NCBI RefSeq assembly: GCF_009914755.1
Contig: NC_060930.1
Length of the DNA stretch: 64,000 nucleotides
Origin: the human T2T-CHM13v2.0 reference genome, Homo sapiens
Direction: 5' to 3' (one strand)
Part shown: positions 10,982-23,152 of the stretch, one piece after another
Layout: the number at the start of each line of letters is the position of its first letter
Position numbering within the stretch: the stretch's first letter is position 1
Made by a program: the position numbers and the translations under genes
The notes under the pieces: model-generated
Seen by the model: only the letters and a program-made list of their open reading frames with translations
Databases searched by the model: none
What the model was told of the DNA's origin: nothing

Positions 10982-11430
10982 GTGAGCGTGAGCGCCGGCC
11001 CTGCTGTGTGCTGTGTGCGCATGGTGGGGGGAGGCTGGGGTGGGGGGGGCGGCAGGAGGCCAGTCAGGTGCGGGCGCCCAGGGCCGGGCGGGAGGGGCTC
11101 ACGGGAAAGGGCTTTTGTGCAGACCAGGCTCTGGGTGGCTTTCAAGCAGCACATCTTTCTTCCAAAGCCAAACCTTTGATCCCCAGAGACATCAAAAGAG
11201 CCATCTGCATTTGTGTTTCCTCCAGGTAGAGGAGCAGGGGAGGGGCGAGGAGAGAAAAGGGGAGGGTGGCAGGCATGGCGGAGGGGGTGCTGAGAGGGGC
11301 CGCGCCTGGCCTCTTGAACCTGCATTTCAGGGAAAAGCCCCTGTCCGGAACCCACTGCTGCGCCTTCTTGGCTGGGGGACTCCTCTGCCGACTAAATGAC
11401 TAACTGGGCTATCTTCAATATCAAATGAGA
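10982..11430. promoter_or_regulatory. GC/CpG-retaining candidate regulatory region with TCF/LEF motifs and G-quadruplex-prone runs
   Basis: CCTTTGATC 11173-11181, ACATCAAAAG 11189-11198, E-box CATCTG 11202-11207, G runs 11023-11097, many retained CpGs. Confidence 0.45.
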
Positions 11431-11543
11431 GGACGTGTTCTAATGAAAAAGCCCTGTAAAGAGACAGGGGGTTTGGTGTGGGTCAGGAGCAGCTGGTGCC
11501 CTCTCTAAGTGACCCCATGGGGCTTGCTTTAAAAAGCCTTCTG

Positions 11544-11899
<356 letters not shown>

Positions 11900-12109
11900 C
11901 TACAGTAGTCAGGTTTCTCTCCCATTACTGAATCTTTTCGGCTCCTATGGGTTCAGCTCTCCCGCCTTGTCGGAATGGGGTGCTGGTCATTTCCATGGCC
12001 CCAGCAGACCAGAAGGTGGCTAAGGGAAAGATCACATCTTTGTTTTCTCTTTTGGCCCCAGGGCCTGGCCCAGGTGGGGTGAACCAGATGTCCTTGATCA
12101 TAATAATAC

Positions 12110-12420
12110 TCTCCTGTAGTCATGAGGAGCCGCTGATTTCAAACCACTTTAGCAGACACCCTAGCATTTGCTCCTCACCCTGCCCAGTGAGGAAGGCAGG
12201 GCATAGATTCACATCCCCATTTTATAGTCAAAGAAACTTGAGTTTCAAAGAGGTCAAGTAACTTGTCCAAGATCAGTTAGCAAGTGAGACTGGTAAGAAG
12301 CCCAGGAGTCAGTCTGTCATTTTCATTTTACAGATGGGGAAATTGAGGCAGAGCGTAACAGAAACACAGGTTATTAGAGACCAGGTCCAGATTAAAGCCT
12401 AAGATTCTAGACTTTTTCTT
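12110..12420 (-). mobile_element. MIR fragments (two adjacent)
   Basis: ccccatttttatagtcaaagaaacttgag...aacttgtccaagatc and cattttacagatggggaaattgaggc. Confidence 0.7.
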
Positions 12421-14124
12421 CCAAACCGTAGTGACTGGACTACCCTCCCAGCCTCCACGTGGTAGACGCATATCTGGGGGACAGCTGGCTCTCAGAGAAC
12501 GTTCAGAAGATCCAGGGCTATGCTGGGGTGGGCGTGGGGGCTTCCAGTCAATTTTCTGGGTTAGAACTCATGCTATAGGAATTCCAGATGTACCCTCATG
12601 GCCCTGACCAGGGGACAGGCGATTGGTCCTGCTCGCAGGTGACGTGAGGCAGAGAGAGGGGCTGGATCAGGACACTGCTATCTATTTCTCTCCCTGATTT
12701 TCATACCGGGCTGAGTGCATGGCTCTGCCTTTGGCTTCCAGGAATGGAGAGCAGCAAAAGGCAAGGACAGCAGCTGGTTCCATGGGAGCTCCCCATAGGC
12801 CACCCAGGCCCAGCGTCGCCTTTGTTTTAGACAACAAAGAGTGTCTCATGTGGTCTCCAGACTGACGGCAAGGTGCGGACCTCTGTTCAGGCACCTCAGC
12901 TTCCAAGACTGAGTTCTGAGTCAGAATCCTCCAGAGTCCTTGGTCTGGGGCTTCCACCCCACTCAGCCCCAGGACTTCCAGGATTAGTGTCCTTGCCTGA
13001 GTTCTGTGTTTTGTCTACCAAATACCCCACGTTTATTAAGCACTGATCTATTTCCCCATTTTATTAATGAGGGATGACTGTTCCTGAGATAATCAGTGTT
13101 TCCAGTGTATTGCACTGAGAAAATACCAGCTAAGGCCAGAGGTTTGACATTTGAGTTAGAGGCTGCAACTAAATGAGGGAACAGGTAGGTTTTCCGGGTA
13201 AATGTTTGAAATATGGGAAAGAGTTCAAGGGCTGTCCTTACTATCATCACAGACCTCCGAGGGTTTGGGTCCCCACACCGAGAACACAGAGGAGTCATGG
13301 GACTCTTCTGTGGCACATGTGGGCTCCAGACACACACATTCACATACGTGTCCCAGAAGAACCAGAATGCTGGGCCCAGGGGGAAGTGGCTTGTTTGCCA
13401 ATCCAGTCCCATAGGCTCAGCTTCTCTCTCAGTTCCAGGAATTGTGATTTCTCACCTGAGATTAACTTTTTGCCCTCCTATATGGGTTGTGAGCTGGGGA
13501 GGAGACAGGGCTTCCAGCTGAATCAGGAGATGAGGCCTGTGAACTGAAATCACTGGTCCAAGGCCATACATGACATCCATATATGCTATGGGCAGGTGTA
13601 TACACTATGTCCAGGAGGGGAACAGAATTGGGCCACAGGGAAGGCACATAAAATTGGAATAGTCTCTGGAGTAGTGGGTGCATTCAGGTTCTTTCTTGTC
13701 AGGATAACTGTTTATGCTCTGCAGGAGTGGCAGGGAGCACCAGGCTTCTAGCAGGCAATGGGCTTCAAGTCTTATGTATTTTGCCTTAAACTACACTTAT
13801 AGGATTTATTTTTGCCCGCATAGTTACCTCCCTAATTAGATTGGCTTCAGCTAGTGTTAAAATTAGTATGCATGCCTTAAGGTTGTACCCCAACCGATGG
13901 AGGGTGCTCAGATGCATGCCTGGAGCTGAGGGAAGCTTGACTGAGAGGCAGTGTCAGCCACAGATAATCCTTGAGGTGGACTATGTACTTGGGTAGCAGA
14001 ATTCACAGCTTCTGGCAGGTTCCCGGGAGGATGGTGGGACTGATATGGTAAAGGTGAGAAAAGCTGGCAAGTCTGGCCTCCAGCCTGGGTTGGAGGATAT
14101 AGCTCATTGATTCAAAAAGTCACT

Positions 14125-14262
14125 GGAGCTGGTCTTGTCCAGCTCCTTCATTTCACGGATGTAGAAATTGCAGTTCAGGGTGGAAAGTGACCTGCCCCAA
14201 ACCCCACAGCTGACAAATGATAGGGCTAAGAGTCGAATGCACATCTCCAGTCCAGTGCTCCC
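14125..14262 (-). mobile_element. MIR3/MIRc fragment
   Basis: gtccagctccttcatttcacggatgtagaaattg...gtgacctgccccaa. Confidence 0.6.
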
Positions 14263-14320
14263 CATCCCGCCCCCTGCTGATGTGCTGAAGCTACCGCTTG
14301 GACCTTCTTCCCTCCTGTGA

Positions 14321-14710
<390 letters not shown>

Positions 14711-15289
14711 ACTTCTTGATGTGTTTCTTCTGCCAGAGCCTCAGTTTCCTTATCTATAAAATGGAATGCTTGGTCCCCATGAGCTCCAAGGCTCCAAGAT
14801 GAACCAGACCAGAACATTCCTTGCTGGCCACCGAGGCCTTGGAGATGGGATAGAGCCAGAGTCAAATAGCGGAAAGCTGTGGCTCCAAGACCAGGAGGCG
14901 CCTGGGTCCAGAGGGCGGGGGCAGAAAGCAGCAAAGTTAGTGCTGTGCCCTCCACCCCAGCTATTTTTACCCAAGAACACTGGATTGCAAGAGGTCTGGC
15001 TAAAAATACCAGCAGCCCAAGCCTGAGCATCCTCTCCCCAGAGAGGGTGAGTTGGGGCTGTCAAGGAGGGGGGTGTGGGGACAGGGAGTCTGAAGAGCAT
15101 TTATCCTTCTCCTTTCTGGGACTGGGGTGCCTGGGAAGGGGATCCCCTTCCTCTAGAGAGCCTGGTAGGGAAGACAGCCCAAGAATAAGCTTGTTTTAGT
15201 CATTTTCAGCAATCCTAGCCAGCACCCCACCCCCTGCCAACACACACTGGTTTTTTTTTTGTTTTGTTTTTTTAACCAAACGTAATCTA

Positions 15290-15602
15290 AATCTGTCACA
15301 ATTTTGTGTTCTGTTCTTTTAAACTTATTTTATAAACATTTTTATGTTGCTATGTGGTCTTCATGTTTGTCATTCTTAATGGCTGCATAGTATTCCATCC
15401 AAGACTTTTCTATTCCCTGGTTGTTGGGCTTTTGATGACTTCCAGTTTGTCATTATTATAAATAAGGCGGTCATGGACATCTTTGTGCATGTGGCTTTTT
15501 CCTTCTTATTAATTATTTCTGTAAGATAAGTGGCCAGGTCGGGGGGTAAGGCTGTTTTTATGCTGTTTGATGTGGTTTGCCAAGTTGCTTTCCAAAAGTA
15601 AA
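15290..15602 (-). mobile_element. Ancient L1M (L1ME-like) fragment; apparently resumes near 16410-16530
   Basis: ttaatggctgcatagtattccat, ttccagttt, gacatctttgtgcatgt, gccaagttgctttccaaaag. Confidence 0.75.
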
Positions 15603-15814
15603 TGAAGGAGGGTTTAATGTGAGGATACATCCACACTGGGAGCCAAGTACAGTCAGGCTTCAGGGAAATCGGAACTGAGAGCCAACCAGAGCTCAAACAG
15701 CTGCCTCAAGCTCCCAGGGGTCTGCTTTGTTTCAGCTTCTCTGCTTTCTCTGCTCCATCTCTCTTTCTCTATCTTTATTTATTTTTGACCTAGCAGAGCT
15801 ATCAGTTCGGAGCA

Positions 15815-16030
15815 TATAACTGCTCACATTTTCTGAGGGCTTGCTTTGTCCTAGGCACCATGCCAATTGCTCACATTGATTATCTTAATTTTCACAACTA
15901 GCCTCTGGGGTAGGAATTATAATTATCACCATTTTACTGATGAAGAAACTAAAATATGGAAAAACTAAGTCACTTGTTCAAAGATGCACAGTCAGTAACT
16001 GATGGGAACAAGTCCCACGTGACTGACCTC
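15815..16030 (-). mobile_element. MIR SINE
   Basis: ccattttactgatgaagaaactaaa...gtcacttgttcaaagatgcacag. Confidence 0.7.
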
Positions 16031-16370
16031 TCTCTCTCTTTAAACATGTGCTCACGACCTATACCAGTCTCCCCGGGAATATGGAGATGCCACATCCACC
16101 CACAACAGGCCAGCCCATCATTTCTGGGTCTCTGAGTTCAAATTTTGAAGAGGGAGAATCTGATTGGCTCAGCCCCTCCTATGTCTTGGAACCCTAGAAG
16201 TCCAGGCCCAATCAGCTGTGATAGGGGATGAGGTCGGGCAAGGAATGCCAGAAGAGGATGCTGGGCCAAGAGGGCCGGTGGAGGAACTGTTTTGATGTGC
16301 CAGCATTGGACTTTGCTGGAAAATATTAAAAAGTAATGTAACTGGTATAAATCTAACTTCTTAGCATTTC

Positions 16371-16403
16371 ATTGTGTCTCAGCCTTTTGGCTAAGATCAA
16401 GCG
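16371..16403 (+). pseudogene. RNU2: 3'-truncated U2 snRNA retrocopy (nt 1-33)
   Basis: attgtgtctcagccttttggctaagatcaagcg versus U2 ATCGCTTCTCGGCCTTTTGGCTAAGATCAAGTG: 28/33 identical, including a 20-nt exact core; two mismatches fit CpG decay. Confidence 0.85.
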
Positions 16404-17821
16404 CCGCCTATTTGCATTTGCCTTTCTTTGATTATTTGTGAGGCTGAATGTGTTTCTGTGTTCCTTTCTTTATGTGTGCATTGTCTGCCTCTTTGCCCAT
16501 CTTGGTCATGCTGTATATCTTACAGATATTAATGCCAGACAGAACAACAGTATGCGGAGAGGGGCTGCAGGCGGAGTGAGGATGATGTCTCACTAAATGG
16601 CTTTTTCTTTGTCCCTAATGCCTAGCAGGCTTTGACGGGCTTCCTAATCAGTGTTTCTAAGAGCCTGCTTCTTCTCCATCACAACCTGGCATGTTGCTTG
16701 AACTAGACAGTCATTAGCAGCGACTTCTCCAGCCAGAGAATCTCTGAGTTTGCCCTCTCCTGCCTGGCCCCTTCTGAATGAATGAATCAACCTAGAAGAG
16801 TTTTCAGGGACCCTGATTTGCTGCTCATATTGTGGGACTCATTCTTGAGCTGCATCCCATGTCTTTGTTGGTCTGAGGCTTTTTTGTTGTCCCAATTCTG
16901 GGCTGACTGTGTGCACACCTTTGCTTCCAAGTCCCCAGAAACAAAACTTCTATACCTACATCTCTCTTTGTGAAAATGTGTCGTCCCCTTACTTATAGAA
17001 GGCTAAAGATCCTCTCCCATCTTCTATCCCTAGACCCCATAAGTAACAAAGTGCCCATTACTTTAGCACTGAAGTTTGGAGCCTTCCATGAAGGAATGTA
17101 AAGTCCAGGAGGTGACATGCTACAAAGTCCTATGCAGCTGACAGAGACAGTGAAGGCTCTGGGCCCAGGGAGAGACAGGTGTTTAGGGCAGCCAGAACTG
17201 AGGCAGGAAAAGCTCCTATGGGCAGGGATGGCAGGCAGCTATGAGGTCAGCCTTCATTCAGCAGCCAGATAGCTTTGCACTGAGCTACCCGCTCAGGGGC
17301 CAGCTGTTCCCAGTTGTGGGGGCTGGGGAGAGAGGGGTAGTGAGTGGTGCTCTCTGAAGCCAGGGATTCAGGTTGACTTGTGGGATCCCATCCATGACCT
17401 TGGCCTCTGAAATCCAGAGCTCCATCACAGCCCCTGGGAGCCAGGAAATGACTAGTGTTTTGGGTCATGGTGGTTAGTTCATGGACTCTTCTTTGGAACT
17501 GTGGGTGGCTTCTCAGGGGACCCTTCTCTGCCAGGCCCTAGAGATAATCAGGAGCTGCCCATGGGAGCTGCCAATGAGACTGATAGAAGAGGTGGGAAAT
17601 AGTGCTCCTCTCTGCTGGCTCCCTAGGAAGGAAGCTGGCTCCCTAGCTCCTGACTGTGCAAAGCACGGGCCAATTATCACTCACCAGGGCCCCATCTCCT
17701 CATATCATGAGCCACAGTTTCACACTGCTTTAAAAATCTTTACTCTTGATGTGAGAAATATGGTCCCTCCTAACTCTCAAGATTAGCAGACAAAATATCC
17801 TGGGGTTGGACATTTGTTTCC

Positions 17822-18272
17822 TGTGGCTGAGACCATCATTTGTTGCTTTGTATCTGTTCTTCTCCTCTTCTATTAATATATGAATGAAAGTTTTAGTTGG
17901 ACACAAAGCTGTCCACTAAGGACTATATTTTCCTGCTTCCCTTGTATTTAGATCTAGCTTGTGACTAGATCCTGGCCAATGGGATGGCAAGGAGGGAGCA
18001 TTCCCTTTCATCTTTCCCTCTTCCCTCTGGCTGGAATGCAAATGTGATGGCAGGAGCTGTAGCAGTCATTTTGGACTACATGATGAAAACTGCACATTGA
18101 GGAAGGCAGGGCAACAAGATTGAAGGAACCTGGATCCCCAACACCATTAAGTCACTGTATCATCCCTGGACTACCTACTTGAATCTTTATGTGTGTGAGA
18201 GAGTGACTTCTATCCTGTTTAAGCTTCTGTATTTTAGGGTTGATTTGTCCCAGCAGCTTGACTCTACATACC
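17822..18272 (+). mobile_element. MLT1J-like MaLR LTR
   Basis: tggccaatgggatg, ctggaatgcaaatgtgatggcaggagctgtagcagtcattttg, ctgtttaagc. Confidence 0.75.
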
Positions 18273-18361
18273 CATCACGGTATGTCTCTCGATGGAATGG
18301 CCATACCTGGGCCTATATGGATATGTCTGGTTATTGGTGGGGGGGCTGGGGACACCCCTAT

Positions 18362-18810
18362 TTTGGTAGACTTTGGTGGTTCCCAATAGATCATCCCTCC
18401 CAATATTCACACCCTTGTGTACTTCCCTCCCACAGTAACTCTGGACTTGGCCATGTGACTTTCTTGGGCCAATGGGACATGAGCAAGCATGATACCAGCA
18501 GGGATTTGGTAAGCACTTGCACAGTGGGGCTTTACCGCATGGAATACTCACTTTCGGGATGTTCCTACTCTAAACTCAAGTGTCAATCTTGAGAAGCCCA
18601 ACCTAGGCACAAGGAGAGGCCATGTGGAGGAGAACTGAGGCCCTGGCTTCAGCTCCAGCCAATAGCCAGAACGTGAATGAAACCATTTTGGAAGTGGATC
18701 CTCCCATCTGAGGCCTTGGGAAACGGAGACAAGCTGTTCTTGTCACACCCTGTCCAAACTACAGGATTGTGATCAAATCAATAATTGTTGTGCGCTAGAT
18801 AACCAGAACA
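18362..18810 (+). mobile_element. MLT1F/G/H-like MaLR LTR
   Basis: cttggccatgtgactt...gccaatggga, gagaggccatgtggaggagaactgagg, ends tagataaccagaaca. Confidence 0.75.
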
Positions 18811-19389
18811 TATGTGGATGGTCCAGGGCCCTTTGCACCGTCTGAAAAACTCAAGTCCATTGTACCTTTTTCACACCAAAATAGCAAACATGTCTTACTT
18901 GTGCCTTGACACTAGAACACATGGGTAATTACTGATGCTCTGGAAATACTTACAGATTGGCCACCTTTCCCTCCAAAACATGTTCTTCCTCTCTCAGCCC
19001 TTGTCAGGTGTTGGTAGCTTGGCTTATTACTCTGACTTTCAGCTCCCGGAATGGCTGTGGGTTCTGTAGACCACACCTTCTCTCTCATAATAAGGCCGCT
19101 GGGGTCCCGTGTCCCTTAGAGAAGGGTTGAGGGCAGTGTTTGGAGGCACGGTCTGACTGTGTCAATGATGGATCCCCAGTGCCCACACGAATAAGTGTGC
19201 AATATGTGTTGGGGGAATGAACAAATGAATGAATGATTGAATGGTGAGTGAAAAGTAACTCATCTGGTTCAGAGCAGGAGATCAAGGTGAGAGGGGAGCA
19301 GGGGGTCTCCAGGGAGGGTAAGGCCAGTAGACAGTCCTAGGTTTAATGAAAGATGGCTTTGTAAATATTTTTAACTCCTTTAAATTATA

Positions 19390-19630
19390 ATTATAGTAGT
19401 GAACATTTATTGAGTTCTTACTATGTGCCAGCCACTGTGCAAAATGCTTCATGTAAATTATTGCATTAATCATCTCAACAATCCTGGCAGGTAGGTATTA
19501 TAACTTTCATCCCATTTTATAGATGAGGAAATAGAGGCCCAGAAAGGTTAGGTAACTTGCCTGAATGGGGATGGTAAGATTGGAACTCAGACAGTCTGGC
19601 GCCAGTACCCAAGGCATAGCAACCACACTC
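19390..19630 (-). mobile_element. MIR SINE
   Basis: catttattgagttcttactatgtgccag...cccattttatagatgaggaaatagaggcccagaaaggttaggtaacttgcc. Confidence 0.9.
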
Positions 19631-20301
19631 CGGCAAATAGTAGGGCTCCCATTTTCCACCTTTGGAGAAAGCCAGGGTCTGGCACGGTTTAGGGCACAAT
19701 TTCCAACCTTGAGTCTACCAAGTGCTCCTGGGGACCGAGAAAGCCCAGATTAGAAGAGAAGAGGGCGAAGGGGGCGAGTCTGGGGTCCATGTCCCAGGAG
19801 CAGGAGCATTAGCTTCAGGGCTCAGAGATGGTGCTGCCCACCCCACCTGAGCACCCTCACTGGCCGCTCCCACTCACTCCTCAGAAATGAGCCTGGCCCG
19901 TTCACACGTGTCCCTAATGCCAGGTTCCAAGAAAGCCACCTAAATACCTGGTATTTGAGATGTAAAGAGACCGGCTCCCTGTACTTAGCACTGCACTAGC
20001 TTTTCCAATTATAGCGCCCTATTTTCCAAAGTCTAAAATGGACATATGTTATAACTGTCTTGGGCCCCAAGGTTTCAGAAACACCCTTAAGGCTCCTGAA
20101 ATACAATCATGTATTTTAGACTAATTCCTAAAGGGCTGAGAGGGGTTATCTTTAACATCTGCCAGCACCGACACAGAATCTGGCCTTTGTTTACAAATGA
20201 TCCTGGAGCCTGGGCACACCACAACCTCTGATGGAACAAGCTCTGTGCTGAGCTGAGCAGGGAGGCCTGAAGAAGGGAGATCCCAGGCTGGAGTGGGTGT
20301 T

Positions 20302-20400
20302 GGGGGAGACACAGCCCTGTCCTCAGGGAGCCCCAGTCTGAGGGGGACACACAGCCCTGCCCTGGGGGAGCTCCGATGTTGAGGAAGGAAACAGGCCACA
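20302..20400 (-). repeat. 39-bp minisatellite family member (~2 units)
   Basis: 20304-20342 reverse-complements to ctcagactggggctccctgaggacagggctgtgtctccc. Confidence 0.85.
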
Positions 20401-21128
20401 CACGGAAACCCAGTAGACCCTGGGACAGGTGGGGAAGGGGTAACTCCCGCTGACTCTGCCATCACAGGGTGGGTAGGTGGGAAGGAGGCAGGTAGGAAGG
20501 CTGCCTGCATGTTCCAGTGCCTGGAAGCAGGTGTGTAGGTAGATGGGGGCAATGGAGCTGAACTTTAAACGCTCTCTGGAGCTAATGTTGCTTCGGGCCT
20601 GCCAGCCAGGGCATTTTCTGTCCAAATCCAACTGTCATTATTAAACATTTATTATGCAAGGGAGATGTGCTTTTCTGGTCTCAGTGTTTGGCCAGCAAAC
20701 TTGGTGAGTAAATGGACTAGAACTAATCCTGTAGCTAAACAGCGAGGGCTTTAGAAAAGGAAACACCTCACTTGCCTAATAGCTCCCAGGGAGGGGTGAG
20801 ATATGGAGTATCAGCCCTCGGACTGCCCTCTTCCTCAGTTAGGGAGACAGTGGCTTGGTGGCCAGGCCTCCCAAAACTTTTGCGAACAAACAGGGAGCAG
20901 AGAACAAACAGGGGGCAGAGCTGACCACGGAGCTCATAGATCAAGGGCAATAATTAGGAGTTTAAGGATGTTCCGGGTAGGGGACAGACTCCTGGCCAAG
21001 CATCAGGAGAGCTGGGTTCCAGCCAGCTCAGACCTTAATTGGCTGGCCGTTACTCCAGAAATTGGTAAGAACATCCCTTCTCCCCAGAGGCCAGGGCCTG
21101 CAAGAGGAGCCGAGAGGAAGGGGAGACC

Positions 21129-21180
21129 GTCTGAGGGAGGAGACATGGCCCTGCCCCGAGGGAGCCCCAGTCTGAGGGAG
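21129..21180 (-). repeat. 39-bp minisatellite family member (~1.3 units), abutting the ERV1 LTR
   Basis: Reverse complement ctccctcagactggggctccctcggggcagggccatgtctcctccctcagac. Confidence 0.8.
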
Positions 21181-21187
21181 GAATAGA

Positions 21188-22020
21188 TGAAACTGCCTTT
21201 GCAAAAATTTTAGTAAGGGAAATCTGATGTAACCGACTCCATCTTGTTTCTACCAGGTTTTCTACCAGCTTTAGCTCATTCTTGTGTGGAGGCCATAATA
21301 GTCCTTTCCGTGAACTGATCCCCTACCTGTTCAAAAATTGAAACCACATTTGTAAAGGCTAATGAAAGGTCAAGAAGTTAGAATTATGGTAGGGGCTTGA
21401 ACCATCACTTAGCTTGTTTTTCCATAACTTAGCTTAGTCACTTAAGCTAAGCTAAGTTAGCTAAGCTAATATCACTTAGCTTGTTGACTGCCCCAGAGTC
21501 ACATAACTAGAGGTTTCAAGATTTATAACTTCCCCAACTACTTCTATAGATAACATCGCTATTGTGAAACCTAAAGAATAAAGAAACTAAAAGGTAATTC
21601 CACAAAGAGTTGTTTAGCTCCTGTGTGTGCCCAAGGCCAGGCAGGGAGTCCCAGCCCCTATCAGCCAGAAGTCGCTGGGTCTTTGATATGGTTTTCAGAT
21701 GTAGCATTTCCACAGACCGAGAGAAGTCAGCTGGTCCTGAGACTGCCTCCCGGGAACTGACTGAGCTGTGTGAAGACAGTTTAGACACTGTGATTTCATC
21801 CCCAGCCAATGAATTGTTTCAGTTTCCCAGCCCCCTGCCCACCAAAGAACCCTTAAAGACCCTACCCTCTGAATCTCAGGGAAGTGGATTTGAGAAATTT
21901 CTTCCGTCCTGCTTGGCTGGCCATGGGATCATCCAATTCTTCTTTGCTGCAGCACCTGCTGTTCTCAGTGCATTGGTATTTTCAGGGCAGTGGGCAAGAA
22001 GAACCTATCAGGCTGTAACA
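21188..22020 (+). mobile_element. ERV1 solo LTR, LTR8/LTR26-like (MER4 group)
   Basis: Starts tgaaactgcctttgcaaaa...accgactccatcttg, ends ggcaagaagaacctatcaggctgtaaca; perfect 4-bp TSD TAGA at 21184-21187 and 22021-22024. Confidence 0.88.
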
Positions 22021-22429
22021 TAGACACAGCTTATGGACTCTGGAGACCGGGCTACCAAACAGGCCAGAACTGTGGGAAATAGGGTTCACCCTTTCCACCT
22101 ACCCCATTACTTACCCAGAGAAGGCCAAGGGCCCCTGGCTAGCATCTGGAGGGAGACTTTCTGGGTGTGGACAGATACCAGAGTGGGATGAGTGTTCTGC
22201 AGGACCTGGAGCCCCTTGCCAGCCCCTCACTCCATGTGAGTCTTGCAGGTCAGACCCAGATTGGGTGCCCTAGGATCAGTGAAGTGTGACCTATGGTACT
22301 AGCCAGGCTATTCTTTCCTGGGGTGGGGAAGCAGCCTGGTCTGATCCTATCAACAGAGAAGGAGTAGGAAAGGGGCTGTTCGAGTCTGGATAAGTCCCCC
22401 TCCCAAAGTGGCAGCTTTGGTTCTAAGAC

Positions 22430-22555
22430 AGTTCACTAAAAGGTACACTCCATGAGGGCAGGAATTCTGGTCCACTTTGTACACTGCTTCATTTCCAGAG
22501 CCTAAGATCATGCCTGGCATATGGTAGTTGTTCAATAAAAAAATTACTGAATTAA
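22430..22555 (+). mobile_element. L2 3' end
   Basis: ctccatgagggcagg...tgcctggcatatggtagttgttcaataaa. Confidence 0.8.
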
Positions 22556-22789
22556 TTAGAGTCCTTTTCAACCCCCATTCAGAACTCACTTCCTACCAAA
22601 AAATCTCCTTGATAAAGCTTTTCTACTTCAGTGACTACTCAAAAGCAGTACATATAAAATTCATTTGCAAATATAATCAATTGAATCCCAACAGCTGTCT
22701 ATTTTGAAGGGAAAAAAATGACAAATTTAGATTATTATTGTTGTGTAGCAGGCCCTATGCTAGTTTCTTAACAGACATTATATGACTTA

Positions 22790-23152
<363 letters not shown>

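Noticed and set aside
16350-16420. gcattt on both sides of the U2 fragment as a TSD
   Set aside because: Only 6 bp match and the downstream copy is not adjacent to the insert end.
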